Assembly (NCBI GenBank): GCA_039028615.1
Contig: JBCCHT010000014.1
Coordinates: 96,001 to 160,000 of the forward strand
Direction: 5' to 3'
Length of the DNA stretch: 64,000 bases
Origin: Myxococcota bacterium
Lineage (GTDB): Bacteria > Myxococcota_A > Polyangia > Nannocystales > Nannocystaceae
Shown: positions 22,499 through 33,258 of the stretch, one piece after another
How the letters are laid out: every line of letters begins with the position of its first letter
How positions within the stretch are numbered: position 1 is the stretch's first letter
Translations under genes and position numbers: made by a program
The notes under the pieces: generated by a model
Databases searched by the model: none
Seen by the model: only the letters and a program-made list of their open reading frames with translations
Told to the model about the DNA's origin: nothing

Positions 22499-25435
22499 TC
22501 AGGCCGTGGGGCGCGGCCGCGGGGTACTCGGGGGACGAGGGCAGATGCCCGCGTCGCCGATGCTGACCAGCTCTCCGTCCTTCCGCACGAGCACGCACTC
22601 GCGAACCATGCGGTGGTCGGGGATGCGCTCGCCGAGCAGCGCCTCGACCACCTCGCGGGGACGCGCCCCGCCCTCTCCGTCGAGGCACAGACGAAACGCC
22701 AACGAGCGCTCGCGCAGCTGCACGTCGAGGAGCTTGGGCTTGATGTCCACGTCCTTGACCGCGGGCGGCGGCGCAGCGCGACGCTTGCCTTTGCCCTTGC
22801 CCTTGCTGCGGCGCGACTTCTTGTGCCGCACGCGTTGCACGATGATCTCGGGCTCGGCCAGCCGCGACTGCAGGTTCTCGGCCAGGTGCTCGGCCTGCTC
22901 CTCCGTGAGCGCGACCGCGTAGTCGGCCCCCGCCACGAGCTGTCCGAGCCGCATCTCCGAGGGCCCCACGATCCGCGCCGACTGCAGGCCCAGTCCCGGA
23001 GGCGCGACCGCCCGCAGCCGCTGCAGCAGCTCGGCGGCCATTTGCTCGCGCTCGGAGTCGTCGAGCATGTCCGCCAGGTCCTCGTCGGAGCGCGGCAGCA
23101 ACACGTCCACGTCGACGACCTCGGCGTGCGCCCCGACGCCCAGCGCCAACGCCGGGCCGAAGCTCATGCGCGGCAGCGGGTTGAAGCCCCGCGAGAACGC
23201 CTGCTCGATACCCGCCCGCCGGAACATCCGCGGGAGCACGCGCAGCAGGTCACGATGCCCCAAAAAGCGCAGCGTGCCGTACTTGCCGAAGACCAGCCGC
23301 AGCCGCGAGTGCGGCGCTTCGGCGTTGGCCTTGAACGCGGAATCCTCGTCGTGGTTGCTCGGCGCCAGGTGGCCGCGCAGCCGCGAGATGTTCACCAGCT
23401 CGGGGTTCGGCACCACGGGCTGCGGGTCGTCGTCCCCCGCCCGGTCGCGCAGCGTCGACAAGGTGCGCAGCGAGTCGATCCTCTCGCTGCGCATCTGGGT
23501 CATGTCGCAGGCGATGCCGCAGTCGTAGCAGACCAAGCGGCGCTCGTCGGCCTCGGCCGCCGCGAGCTCGCGGTGGTGCACCTGGTCCCCTGCCGCCTTG
23601 CCGCAGGGCGGGCTGATGCGGCTGCCCAGCGCCTTGCGGTACTCGTCGGCCAGGAACCCATCGTCGATGCCGACGTCGATGTGGTCCCAGGGCAGCTTGG
23701 CGTCCACGGGCAGCGTGCGGGTGTAGATGGTCGGATCGATGTCCGCGGCCTCGAGCGCGTCGAGCCAGCGCTCGAAGGAGAAGCACTCGCGCCAGCCCTC
23801 GAAGCGCGCGCCCGCCAGGTAGGCGTGCTCGAGCGCCTCGCCGAGCTTGCGGTCGCCCCGGGCAAACAGGCACTCGAGCCAGCTCTCGCGTACCTCGTGG
23901 GTCTTGAGCCCCACCCGCGAGCGCCGGGTCATCTCGCGCAGCAGCTGCACCTTGGAGTGCAGGTCTTCCATGGAGTCCATGGCCGCCCACTGGAAGGGCG
24001 TATGCGGCTTGGGCACGTGCTGCGAGACGCTGACCGTGATCCCGGGAAGCCGCGACAGCTCCATGGTCTTGGCCATCTCGAGCACGCGCTCGCCGGTCTG
24101 CACGATCCCGGCGACATCGGCTTCGGTCTCGGTGGGCAAGCCCATGATGAAGTACATCTTCATGCGGTCGTAGCCGCGCTCGAAGATGCGACGCGCCGAG
24201 GCCATGATGTCCTCCTCGGAGACGTTCTTGTTGATCACGTTGCGCATGCGCTGCGTGCCGGCCTCGGGGGCGAAGGTCAGCCCCGAGATGCCCACGCGCT
24301 TGATCTCGTCGAGCAGGCCGCCGGTCAGGCCGTAGGCGCGAAGGCTCGCCACGCCGAGCTTGGCCTTGCGCTTGACCAGCTCGGGCACCAGCGTCTTGAT
24401 GAGCGGGTCGATGCACGACACGTCCGCGGTGGACAGCGCGGTCAGGCTCGTCTCGGAGAACCCGGCCGCATCCACCCCGCCGAGCACCGCGTCGACCACC
24501 GCCTCGGGGCTGCGCTCGCGAACCGGCCGATAGATGATGCCCGCCTGGCAGAAGCGACAGCCCTCGGTGCAGCCCCGGGTGATCTCCACCGACGCGCGGT
24601 CGAAGATGGCCTCCGCGTAGGGCACGGGAAAGCGCTGCGGGAACGGGAACTTGTCGAGGTCGCGGACCCAGATCCGCTCGATCCGCTCGGGCGCACCGAC
24701 CTCCACGCCGCGCTCGGTCCGACCGACCACCACCTGCATGCCCGTCCGCTCGTCGGTCTCCACCCGATACAACGAGGGCACGTAGATCCCCGGCATGGTG
24801 GCCAGGGCCGCGAGCTGGTCCGCGCGCGAGCGTCCGTCGCGACGCATCTGGCCGATGGTGCGCAGCAGCGAGGGCAGCAGCTCCTCCGCCTCGCCCACCA
24901 TCACTGCGTCGACGAAGGGCGTCAGCGGCTCGGGATGGGTGGCGGTCGGGCCTCCCGCGATCACGATGGGATCGTCCTCGCCTCGGTCCGCGCTCCGCAG
25001 CGGAATGCCGCCCAAGTCGAGGTTGAGCAGCACGTTGCTGTAACACAGCTCGTACTGGAGGCTGACCCCGACCACGTCGAAGTCCCGCAGCGCCGTATAC
25101 GTCTCGAGGCTCACCAGCGGCAGGTCGTGCTCGCGCAGGCCCTGCTCGAGATCCGTCCACGGGCTGAAGGCACGCTCGCAGACCAAGTCGTCGTGGCCGT
25201 TGACCAGGTCGTAGATGATCCGCGTGCCGAGGTGGCTCATCCCGACCTCGTAGAGATCGGGGAAGGCCAGGACGAAGGTGCACGCCAGACCGTCGTGGTC
25301 CTTGACGATGCGCTGCTCTTCGCCGCCGAGGTAACGCCCCGGTTTTTGGACCGAGGTCAGCAGCTCCGCGTAGGGATGCTCGCGCAGGACGGCGGGGTCC
25401 TCCGGCATCTCGGGAATCGGGGCGTGAGCGTCCAT
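22499..25435 (-). CDS. TIGR03960-type B12-binding radical SAM protein fused to TIGR03936/DUF2344 domain
   Basis: [54 protein letters not shown]-terminal [24 protein letters not shown]. Confidence 0.9.
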   Translation of the reverse strand: MDAHAPIPEMPEDPAVLREHPYAELLTSVQKPGRYLGGEEQRIVKDHDGLACTFVLAFPDLYEVGMSHLGTRIIYDLVNGHDDLVCERAFSPWTDLEQGLREHDLPLVSLETYTALRDFDVVGVSLQYELCYSNVLLNLDLGGIPLRSADRGEDDPIVIAGGPTATHPEPLTPFVDAVMVGEAEELLPSLLRTIGQMRRDGRSRADQLAALATMPGIYVPSLYRVETDERTGMQVVVGRTERGVEVGAPERIERIWVRDLDKFPFPQRFPVPYAEAIFDRASVEITRGCTEGCRFCQAGIIYRPVRERSPEAVVDAVLGGVDAAGFSETSLTALSTADVSCIDPLIKTLVPELVKRKAKLGVASLRAYGLTGGLLDEIKRVGISGLTFAPEAGTQRMRNVINKNVSEEDIMASARRIFERGYDRMKMYFIMGLPTETEADVAGIVQTGERVLEMAKTMELSRLPGITVSVSQHVPKPHTPFQWAAMDSMEDLHSKVQLLREMTRRSRVGLKTHEVRESWLECLFARGDRKLGEALEHAYLAGARFEGWRECFSFERWLDALEAADIDPTIYTRTLPVDAKLPWDHIDVGIDDGFLADEYRKALGSRISPPCGKAAGDQVHHRELAAAEADERRLVCYDCGIACDMTQMRSERIDSLRTLSTLRDRAGDDDPQPVVPNPELVNISRLRGHLAPSNHDEDSAFKANAEAPHSRLRLVFGKYGTLRFLGHRDLLRVLPRMFRRAGIEQAFSRGFNPLPRMSFGPALALGVGAHAEVVDVDVLLPRSDEDLADMLDDSEREQMAAELLQRLRAVAPPGLGLQSARIVGPSEMRLGQLVAGADYAVALTEEQAEHLAENLQSRLAEPEIIVQRVRHKKSRRSKGKGKGKRRAAPPPAVKDVDIKPKLLDVQLRERSLAFRLCLDGEGGARPREVVEALLGERIPDHRMVRECVLVRKDGELVSIGDAGICPRPPSTPRPRPTA

Positions 25436-25551
25436 GCTGGCCTTGTCCACGTCATTGGCCCAAGTGCCATAAAAGCGAGAGAAGGAAAAGCCACCCCGCG
25501 GAGAACGCGGCCTTGCGCGAGGCTCGCGCGTGCTTATCATGCGGGGCCGAC

Positions 25552-26484
25552 GTGAAGGACCTGTATCAGCACCTGGGCGTAGCCAAAGACGCCAGCGCCA
25601 CTGACGTCAAGAAGGCCTATCGCAAGCTCGCCAAGCAGTATCACCCTGATCGCAACCCGGGTGACGCCGCGGCCGAGGAGAAATTCAAGAACGTCTCCTC
25701 CGCCTACGAGGTCCTGGGCGACGCCGACAAGCGGTCGCTGTACGACGAATTCGGCGAGATGAGCCTCACCCAGGGCTTCGACGCGGACAAGGCCCGGGCC
25801 TACCGATCCGCGCGCTCGAGCGGCTTCGGGGGCGGCGGCGGCATGCCCGGCATGGGCCCCGACGTGTTCCAGGATTTCGGCGACGCTCGCGCAACGAGCT
25901 TCGAGGACCTGCTGCACGCTCTGTTCCGGGGCCAAAGCAAGGCCCAGTCCGCCCGCGGCAGCGATGTCAACGGAGACATCACCGTCAGCCTCATGGACGC
26001 CCTGCATGGCGTGACCGTGCCGCTGCGCCTCGACATGGGCGGCAAGAGCCGCACCGTCAAGGTCAAGGTGCCGCAGGGCATGCCCGACGGCGGCAAGCTG
26101 CGGCTGCGCGGCCAGGGGGGCGCGGGCCAGCCTCCCGGCGACGTCATCCTCGCGGTGCGCGTCAAACCCCACGATTCGATGCGCCGCGACGGTCAGAACC
26201 TCCGGCTCACCCTGCCCATCACGGCGTACGAGGCCTACCGCGGCGGGCCCATCGACAACGTGCCCACGCCCTGGGGGCCAGTCACGCTCAAGCTCCCCGC
26301 CGGGGCGAAAACCGGCCAGCGGTTGCGTCTGCGCGGCAAAGGCGTGCAAGTGCCCGGTCGCGATCCCGGCGATCTGTACGTGCAGCTCGAAGTGCAGATG
26401 CCCAAGGCGGGCGACCAAGCCCTGCTCGAGGCGCTCGAGCGCCTGCAGGGCAAGGACGACGCCCGCAGCGAGATGACGTTGTAG
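25552..26484 (+). CDS. DnaJ-class co-chaperone (CbpA-like, no zinc finger)
   Basis: J-domain with HPD (YHPDRNPGD), G/F-rich linker, KLRLRGQG and RLRLRGKG C-terminal domains. Confidence 0.9.
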   Translation: MKDLYQHLGVAKDASATDVKKAYRKLAKQYHPDRNPGDAAAEEKFKNVSSAYEVLGDADKRSLYDEFGEMSLTQGFDADKARAYRSARSSGFGGGGGMPGMGPDVFQDFGDARATSFEDLLHALFRGQSKAQSARGSDVNGDITVSLMDALHGVTVPLRLDMGGKSRTVKVKVPQGMPDGGKLRLRGQGGAGQPPGDVILAVRVKPHDSMRRDGQNLRLTLPITAYEAYRGGPIDNVPTPWGPVTLKLPAGAKTGQRLRLRGKGVQVPGRDPGDLYVQLEVQMPKAGDQALLEALERLQGKDDARSEMTL

Positions 26485-26487
26485 GCG

Positions 26488-28575
26488 TCAGTCGACGCCT
26501 TCCAGCAGCATCAGCTCCTGGCAGGCCGCCCCGTCGCGGCCGCCGTCGGGACAACGGCTCTGCAACACCGCCCGAGCGGTGGAGGCCTCACGTTCGCTCA
26601 CCAGGAACCGGGCCATGAGCACCGCCGCGGTATCGGCCAGTTGCTTCGCCGCCGCGCCCAAGGCAGGGTCCTTTGCGGCGCAGGCGACCCAGTTTCGCAT
26701 CGCGGCCACGTGTTTGCGCGCCACCGCGCCGCGATCGGCCGGGTGGAACGCCACCACCGCCCCCACGCTCTGGTTGAACTCCAGGGCCAGCGAGTGCAGG
26801 CAGGTCGCCGCCCTCGAAGCGGGCGCCGATCCCATCGGGGGGTCCCACTGCGCCTCGGAGTAGTCCGGGGCGAAGCTCGGCTCGCGATCCCCCACAACGA
26901 CCTCGAGGGTCAGCGCGGGTCCGGCCGTCCGCACCCGCGCCTCGACCGGGTTGGACTGCGTGAGCGCGCGACCCAGGCCCTCCCCTCGCATCCACAGCGA
27001 CATCAGGGCGTCTGGAGCGGCCCCCTCGGCCGACAGATCGAACGCGGCCGCCGGATCGACCCCTTGGCTCACGACCAGCGCGGGCCGGCCCCCGATCGGC
27101 TCCGACGACGACCGAAACGCGCCTTGCCCTCCCATGTCCCGCATCACCGCCTCCACGACCTCCGATGCGGGGAGCTGCGCGCCCGTCATCGCGACCGCCA
27201 TTCCGCCGGTTTGATCGACCGACGGGACCACCAAGTGCAGCGCATCCACGCCGAACCCGTCCGCCACCACGCCGGGGGACAACGTCTTCATCGCCGCCAT
27301 CGGCCAGCGCAGCGCGGCGAAGGCCGGGCACGTGTCGCCGCAGTCGTAGAACACCTCGGCCAGCTGCCCCGGGCGCATTCCGTGCAGGTCGTGCGCCTGT
27401 GCCCGCTCCAGCGTACCGGCCAGGTCCCCCGCCAGCGCGAGCGCCAGGTCGACATCGGGTCGACGGGGCGCCACGACGCCGGGATTGGCCGCAAAGGCAC
27501 CCCACAGCTCGCGCCCCCGCGGGGTCAGGCTCGCCACCACGGTCATCTGCAGCCCGGCCGCGTCACTGCTCACGCCCACCGACCAATCGTCGAACTCCGC
27601 GAGATCATCGGGGGTCGCGACATCGACGGTGGCCGCGATGGAGGCCCCCTTGGCGATGATCGAGGGGCGGTCCTTGGCCTCCACGAAGTCTGCGGCCTGC
27701 CCCATGTAGTACAGGCCGATCCACACGCCCGTCGCTCGCAGTCGCCACGGCCGGACCAAGGCCGCGGCCGCATGTCGCTCGTCGAGCGCGTGACGCATCG
27801 CCGGGGTGTCGACCCGCGGGTGCTCATCGACGTCCAGGTGGGATCGAAGCTCGCCCGCATCCCGGATGCCTCGCCCCTCGTGCAGCACGACCATGCGCAC
27901 GTGCTCCTCCTCGGGCACCAGGGCGACGAAGCTCTGAAACGGGGCCCGCGGCGACAGCTCCAAGCCGACCGCGCCCGGCAACCCCTCCACCAACGCGGGC
28001 GCGGGGCGACTGCTCGCCGACCACCACTGCTCCAGGCTGGCCATCAGCGCGTCCCGATCGGTCGCGGGCACCACCACCTGGTGTCGCATCGGGGGCATCG
28101 CGAGCTCGAGCGACACGAGCCCGGCCGTCGCGACACCCGGCGGGCCGTCCACCGGGGCCTCGTAGGCAGAGACCACGATGGGGCGACTCGTGTCCCGCCC
28201 CTCCCACTGCGGCCGCGGCAGCGCCTGCGGTAGCTCCAGCCGCGGGGTCATGCCCCACACGAAGTCGGCGCCGTCCTCCGCGTCCACCAGGGCTCCCGCC
28301 GCGCCGATGACGGGCGGCGACAGGAACTGGGGGATCCGCTCTCGGGTCTCGCCCCACGCCTGGTCGTGCAGCACGATCACCAGGGGCGCGCCGTCGCCGA
28401 CCGCGTGCACGAGCGTCTCGGTGGTCGTGCGGGCGTCCTTCGCCCCTTCCGCCTCCACTGCGGCCTCGGGTTCTTCTCGGTGCAGAGGCCCGCGACTGAG
28501 CCCCAGCCCGCCCGGCCGACACCCGGCTGCGAGCGTGAAAACGACGAGGGCTCCAAGCGTTGTCCGGCGACGCAC
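26488..28575 (-). CDS. large hypothetical lipoprotein
   Basis: MRRRTTLGALVVFTLAAGC lipobox; 695-aa ORF. Confidence 0.7.
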   Translation of the reverse strand: MRRRTTLGALVVFTLAAGCRPGGLGLSRGPLHREEPEAAVEAEGAKDARTTTETLVHAVGDGAPLVIVLHDQAWGETRERIPQFLSPPVIGAAGALVDAEDGADFVWGMTPRLELPQALPRPQWEGRDTSRPIVVSAYEAPVDGPPGVATAGLVSLELAMPPMRHQVVVPATDRDALMASLEQWWSASSRPAPALVEGLPGAVGLELSPRAPFQSFVALVPEEEHVRMVVLHEGRGIRDAGELRSHLDVDEHPRVDTPAMRHALDERHAAAALVRPWRLRATGVWIGLYYMGQAADFVEAKDRPSIIAKGASIAATVDVATPDDLAEFDDWSVGVSSDAAGLQMTVVASLTPRGRELWGAFAANPGVVAPRRPDVDLALALAGDLAGTLERAQAHDLHGMRPGQLAEVFYDCGDTCPAFAALRWPMAAMKTLSPGVVADGFGVDALHLVVPSVDQTGGMAVAMTGAQLPASEVVEAVMRDMGGQGAFRSSSEPIGGRPALVVSQGVDPAAAFDLSAEGAAPDALMSLWMRGEGLGRALTQSNPVEARVRTAGPALTLEVVVGDREPSFAPDYSEAQWDPPMGSAPASRAATCLHSLALEFNQSVGAVVAFHPADRGAVARKHVAAMRNWVACAAKDPALGAAAKQLADTAAVLMARFLVSEREASTARAVLQSRCPDGGRDGAACQELMLLEGVD

Positions 28576-28722
28576 CGGACGATGGTGCCACGGCTCCGCG
28601 CTCGACTCCGAACGCGTATTGCGCGGGTTTCCGACCGTGCAACGCCCTACTCAGGCCTCGGTCACAGGACGGGTCCGGCCGGCGTCGCGGCGCGAGGGCT
28701 CGCTGCGTGGTATCTCGTGCAG

Positions 28723-29679
<957 letters not shown>

Positions 29680-29688
29680 ACCCCTCGG

Positions 29689-31278
29689 CTACTTCGAGAA
29701 CTCGAGGTTGTCGAGCATCCAGCGGGTGCCGGTCTCGTTGAGTCCGGCGTAGTGGATGGAGACGGCCTCGACGTCGGTGACGTCGGCGTCGAAGGCCTCG
29801 AGCGGGATGCGCACGGTGTTCATCGGCGACTTGCTGTAGTCGCCAACCGGCTCGTAGAGGGGCTTGAACACCGCATAGTCGGGCTCGGGGATCTCGACGT
29901 AGTCCTCGGAATCGACGAAGTCGGACCACACCCCGTTGGACTTGATTCGGAAGCTCAGAGACACCGAACCGGCCAGCCCATATCCCTGAATCTTGCCGGC
30001 TCGCACGGACAGCACATCGAACCAGCTCATGTCCTGGACGTTGGCGGGAATGTCCCAGGTGAGGTGCTCACCGATGAACTCTGGCTGCACCACCAAGACC
30101 TGGGTGTCGCCGTGCGGCACGGTCTCGTCCAGGGTGTACGCCGGCTGGCCATACAGGACTTCGCCATTGCCGAAGGTGCTCACGCTCCCCCCAATGGTGC
30201 TCGTCTCGAGAGTCGGCCCTTCGAAGTTGTCGACCACCCGACGACTTTGCCACTGACCGTCTTGGTATTGCGTGTAGGGGGTCCAGTTGCCAGCGGTGGA
30301 CGGCGGCACGAGGTTGTCGGTGACCCAGGGCTTGTATTCGTCCTGCCCCCACAACCGCCAACGCAAGGCCGCATTGATATAGCCGCTGGTCGCCTTCATT
30401 TGCTTTGACACGATCGAGGTCGGCGGGGCGGAGAACTGCTGATGTCGCCAGCCGTGGACGAACTTCATGCTCTTGGTCACGGAGGGCCAGAAGGTGGGGC
30501 TGTACTCGCTCCCAATGGCATCGTACTGACCGAAGACGGTCGCCTGAACATCGTTGGGTTCCGCGGGGAGTCGTCGACCGGTGATGTCCTCGTCCCGCGA
30601 TCCGTAAAGCGCCATGAAGAACGGACTCGCGTCGTGGGAGAACGTCGCCGACTCGAGGTAGGCCGGGGCCATCGCGATGACCGCCTGCACCACGTAGGGC
30701 AGGCCTTGCTGGTGAATCAGGCGTGCCGTGTAGCTGGCCGTGAGCCCGCCTTGGCTGTGCCCTGCGCTGACGATCGAGTCGGCATCCAGGGCGAAGGCCA
30801 AGGGCCACTCGGCGAATACGTAGTCCAGATACCCGATGACGCGTTGCGCTCGTTCCGTGATCCACTCGTGATCGATCGAGTTGCTACCCGGGCTGAGCAC
30901 GGCCACAGCAAAGCCGTGGCTCGCGAGGTGGTTACCGATATGGTGGTAGGACTCCTCCGTGTACACAGGGAGCCCTCCCGCGGCCTTGTCGAGCAGGATG
31001 AGCGGCGAGTCCATGATCGGCATCCCGGCCACGCAATCGACGGGCCAGAAGATCCGCCCGCGAACGAGCGGGTCGGTGCGGGACTCCGGGCGATCGAAGT
31101 CCTCGTGCATCTGACAGTACGGGCCATCCAGCGCCGGGTCGTCGACATAGGACACATCCCGGAACGACACGGGATCCACCTGCTCGTCCCACAGCTCGGG
31201 CTCGGCTTCGTCGCAGGAGACGACTCCGAGCGCAAGGGGAAGCAGCAGACCCAGGGTCGACAAACGGGAGCGTGGCAT
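29689..31278 (-). CDS. secreted alpha/beta hydrolase lipoprotein with C-terminal beta-sandwich domain
   Basis: Lipobox VVSC; HLASHGFAV, GHSQGG nucleophile elbow, YGSRDED, WRHQQF; C-terminal TVRIPLEAF..LDNLEF resembles a CBM. Confidence 0.75.
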   Translation of the reverse strand: MPRSRLSTLGLLLPLALGVVSCDEAEPELWDEQVDPVSFRDVSYVDDPALDGPYCQMHEDFDRPESRTDPLVRGRIFWPVDCVAGMPIMDSPLILLDKAAGGLPVYTEESYHHIGNHLASHGFAVAVLSPGSNSIDHEWITERAQRVIGYLDYVFAEWPLAFALDADSIVSAGHSQGGLTASYTARLIHQQGLPYVVQAVIAMAPAYLESATFSHDASPFFMALYGSRDEDITGRRLPAEPNDVQATVFGQYDAIGSEYSPTFWPSVTKSMKFVHGWRHQQFSAPPTSIVSKQMKATSGYINAALRWRLWGQDEYKPWVTDNLVPPSTAGNWTPYTQYQDGQWQSRRVVDNFEGPTLETSTIGGSVSTFGNGEVLYGQPAYTLDETVPHGDTQVLVVQPEFIGEHLTWDIPANVQDMSWFDVLSVRAGKIQGYGLAGSVSLSFRIKSNGVWSDFVDSEDYVEIPEPDYAVFKPLYEPVGDYSKSPMNTVRIPLEAFDADVTDVEAVSIHYAGLNETGTRWMLDNLEFSK

Positions 31279-31342
31279 CTCGATCGACAGGGTCCACATC
31301 CCCCCCGATCGGATCACGACCGATGAGCCACCGCGGCGAAGC

Positions 31343-32248
31343 TCAGGCCTTGGCCCGGCGCACGAGTTCGGCGCGAATCAGCTCGAGTGCGGCCGGCAGG
31401 CGCTTGCGCGGGATGTTGACCCGGGTCGGCATGCCGCCGCCCAGCTCCAGCATCTGCACGAAATCCAGCCCGCTCTCGAAGGGCGCGGCGATGGTGGCGT
31501 TGCCCGAGTCGAGCACCACGCTGACGGTGGCCTTGGTCTGCCCCAGCAGCAGCAGCTCGGTCTTGTCGAAGGGCGGCGTAGACCCGCCGACCTCGATGAA
31601 CGCCACGTCGCCCTCGATCTCGTAGCCCTCGGACAGCTCGACCGCCACCCGGGCCATGCGCTCGAAGTCCTCGGCGGCGGCGATGATGCTGTCGCGCTCG
31701 ACGCCCGGCTTCATCCCGCTCACGAGGTAGCGAACGATGCGCAGCTTGAGGGTGTGGTCGACCCAGTGGGCCCGCAGGGCCTTGTCGATGCGGTTGGCCT
31801 CGGACGAGGCCTCGCCGATGCGAGTGTCGATGGCCCGCGCGTCGTCGTCGGCCCCTGCGTAGGGCTCGCGCCCGCCGAGGATCCACTTGGCGGCGGCGTA
31901 CAGACCATCGAGATCGAAGTGACAGACGATGGTGTCGACGGGGCCCGTGGCCTGGACCATGGCCGGGTCGATCATCTCGGGGCACGCCCCGTGCTCGGCC
32001 TTGGTGCACAGGGTAAAGCGCTCGTCGGCGGCGTAGCGCTCGTGGAACGGGTGATCGTGGTGATCGACCCACCGGGCCAGGCGCGGACCGAGCTGCTCGA
32101 TGAAGCGCCCGGTGGTCTTTTCGAAGCCGCGACCGAGCCCGACCGAAGCAAAGGCGATGTCGAGCACCACCACCCGCCCCTCCAGGGCTCCGATCCGCGG
32201 CAGCTTGCGCGGGCTGGCGAAGACCAGGTTGGGCAGGGCGTCGCTCAT
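31343..32248 (-). CDS. DHH-family phosphoesterase-like protein (permuted motif order)
   Basis: VVLDIAF, WVDHHDH, then CHFDLDGL; C-terminal GGG as in DHHA1. Confidence 0.7.
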   Translation of the reverse strand: MSDALPNLVFASPRKLPRIGALEGRVVVLDIAFASVGLGRGFEKTTGRFIEQLGPRLARWVDHHDHPFHERYAADERFTLCTKAEHGACPEMIDPAMVQATGPVDTIVCHFDLDGLYAAAKWILGGREPYAGADDDARAIDTRIGEASSEANRIDKALRAHWVDHTLKLRIVRYLVSGMKPGVERDSIIAAAEDFERMARVAVELSEGYEIEGDVAFIEVGGSTPPFDKTELLLLGQTKATVSVVLDSGNATIAAPFESGLDFVQMLELGGGMPTRVNIPRKRLPAALELIRAELVRRAKA

Positions 32249-32553
32249 GACAGCTCCGCTCGGGCGGCCGACAGCTCGCCCAGTGCGTGGTCGTCCCCGG
32301 CCGCCTCGGCGGCTCGGATGCCCGCGTCGAGCACTCCCGCCGCGGCCTCTCGCTCGCCCATCTCGACGAGCAGGTTGCCGAACATCAAGTAGCTCGGCAC
32401 GTAGCCTGGGTGGGCCGCGATCAATCCGTCGAAGGTCGTGCGGGCCTCGTCGTGCAGCCCCTGCTTGCGCAGCTCCATGGCCAGGCCGTAGCTCGGGAAC
32501 GGGTCGTCCGGGCGAGCCGCCGCCATTTGGCGAAGCAGGGGCAGGCGATCCAT
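32245..32553 (-). CDS. small TPR protein
   Basis: PDDPFPSYGLAME, PGYVPSYLMFG; stop overlaps the next start (ATGA). Confidence 0.8.
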   Translation of the reverse strand: MDRLPLLRQMAAARPDDPFPSYGLAMELRKQGLHDEARTTFDGLIAAHPGYVPSYLMFGNLLVEMGEREAAAGVLDAGIRAAEAAGDDHALGELSAARAELS

Positions 32554-32560
32554 CGTCCCG

Positions 32561-33112
32561 CTACTCCGCCTTCGAGCCGGCTTCGCCGTGCTGCTCGATG
32601 CTGGCGGCCGCGAGCGCCTTGGCATCGGCCTCGGCCATGCCCAGCGCGACCAGAACTTCGCTGGTCTGCTCGAAGACCCGAGTCTCCTGGAGGTGCCCCA
32701 CCAGCAGCAGGTACGTGGCCACGTGGTGGTGCTCGTACTTGCCCAGCAGCATCTGCGCCCCTTCGCGCAGCTTCTCGGGGGGGTTGGTCTCGCAGAAGTC
32801 CTCGTCGGTCTCGCCGTTGCGATGCTCGACCTCGAGGAAGTCGAGAAAATCGACGAGCATCTCTCGGTGGTGGCGCATGAGCCACTCGATGAGCAGGGCG
32901 AGGGCCAGCTGCCCGTTGGCTCCCGCGAACTCCCTGTCGAAGCGCTTACGCCAGACCTTCAGTCGGGCGGCCCTGGTGTAGGCGGTCTTGGGCACGCTGC
33001 TGGAAACGCCGCCCGCCTTGAGCACGGAGCGAACCTCCTTCGCGGACAGCTCGCCGTAGTAGGCGTCGATGTGTTCGTTTCCCAGGTGCTGGCAGATCTC
33101 GATCGGCGTCAC
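32561..33112 (-). CDS. conserved hypothetical protein
   Basis: GTG with GAGGA SD; MLVDFLDFLEVEH..GE motif; first gene of a three-gene unit. Confidence 0.75.
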   Translation of the reverse strand: MTPIEICQHLGNEHIDAYYGELSAKEVRSVLKAGGVSSSVPKTAYTRAARLKVWRKRFDREFAGANGQLALALLIEWLMRHHREMLVDFLDFLEVEHRNGETDEDFCETNPPEKLREGAQMLLGKYEHHHVATYLLLVGHLQETRVFEQTSEVLVALGMAEADAKALAAASIEQHGEAGSKAE

Positions 33113-33258
33113 GTCGGTTCCTCAATCCTCAGTGGGCGCGGAGAGTAGCTCGGATTGCCCAGCGGGGACATCCGGCGGGGACAGACGAGACGAATCGCGG
33201 ACAATCGCCCCATAGCAGCACGCTAGAGGCCACTTGGCCCCACGGGGCGCGCGTGCGG

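Noticed and set aside
21863..25555. 1230-aa plus-strand ORF
   Set aside because: Antisense shadow of the radical SAM gene.
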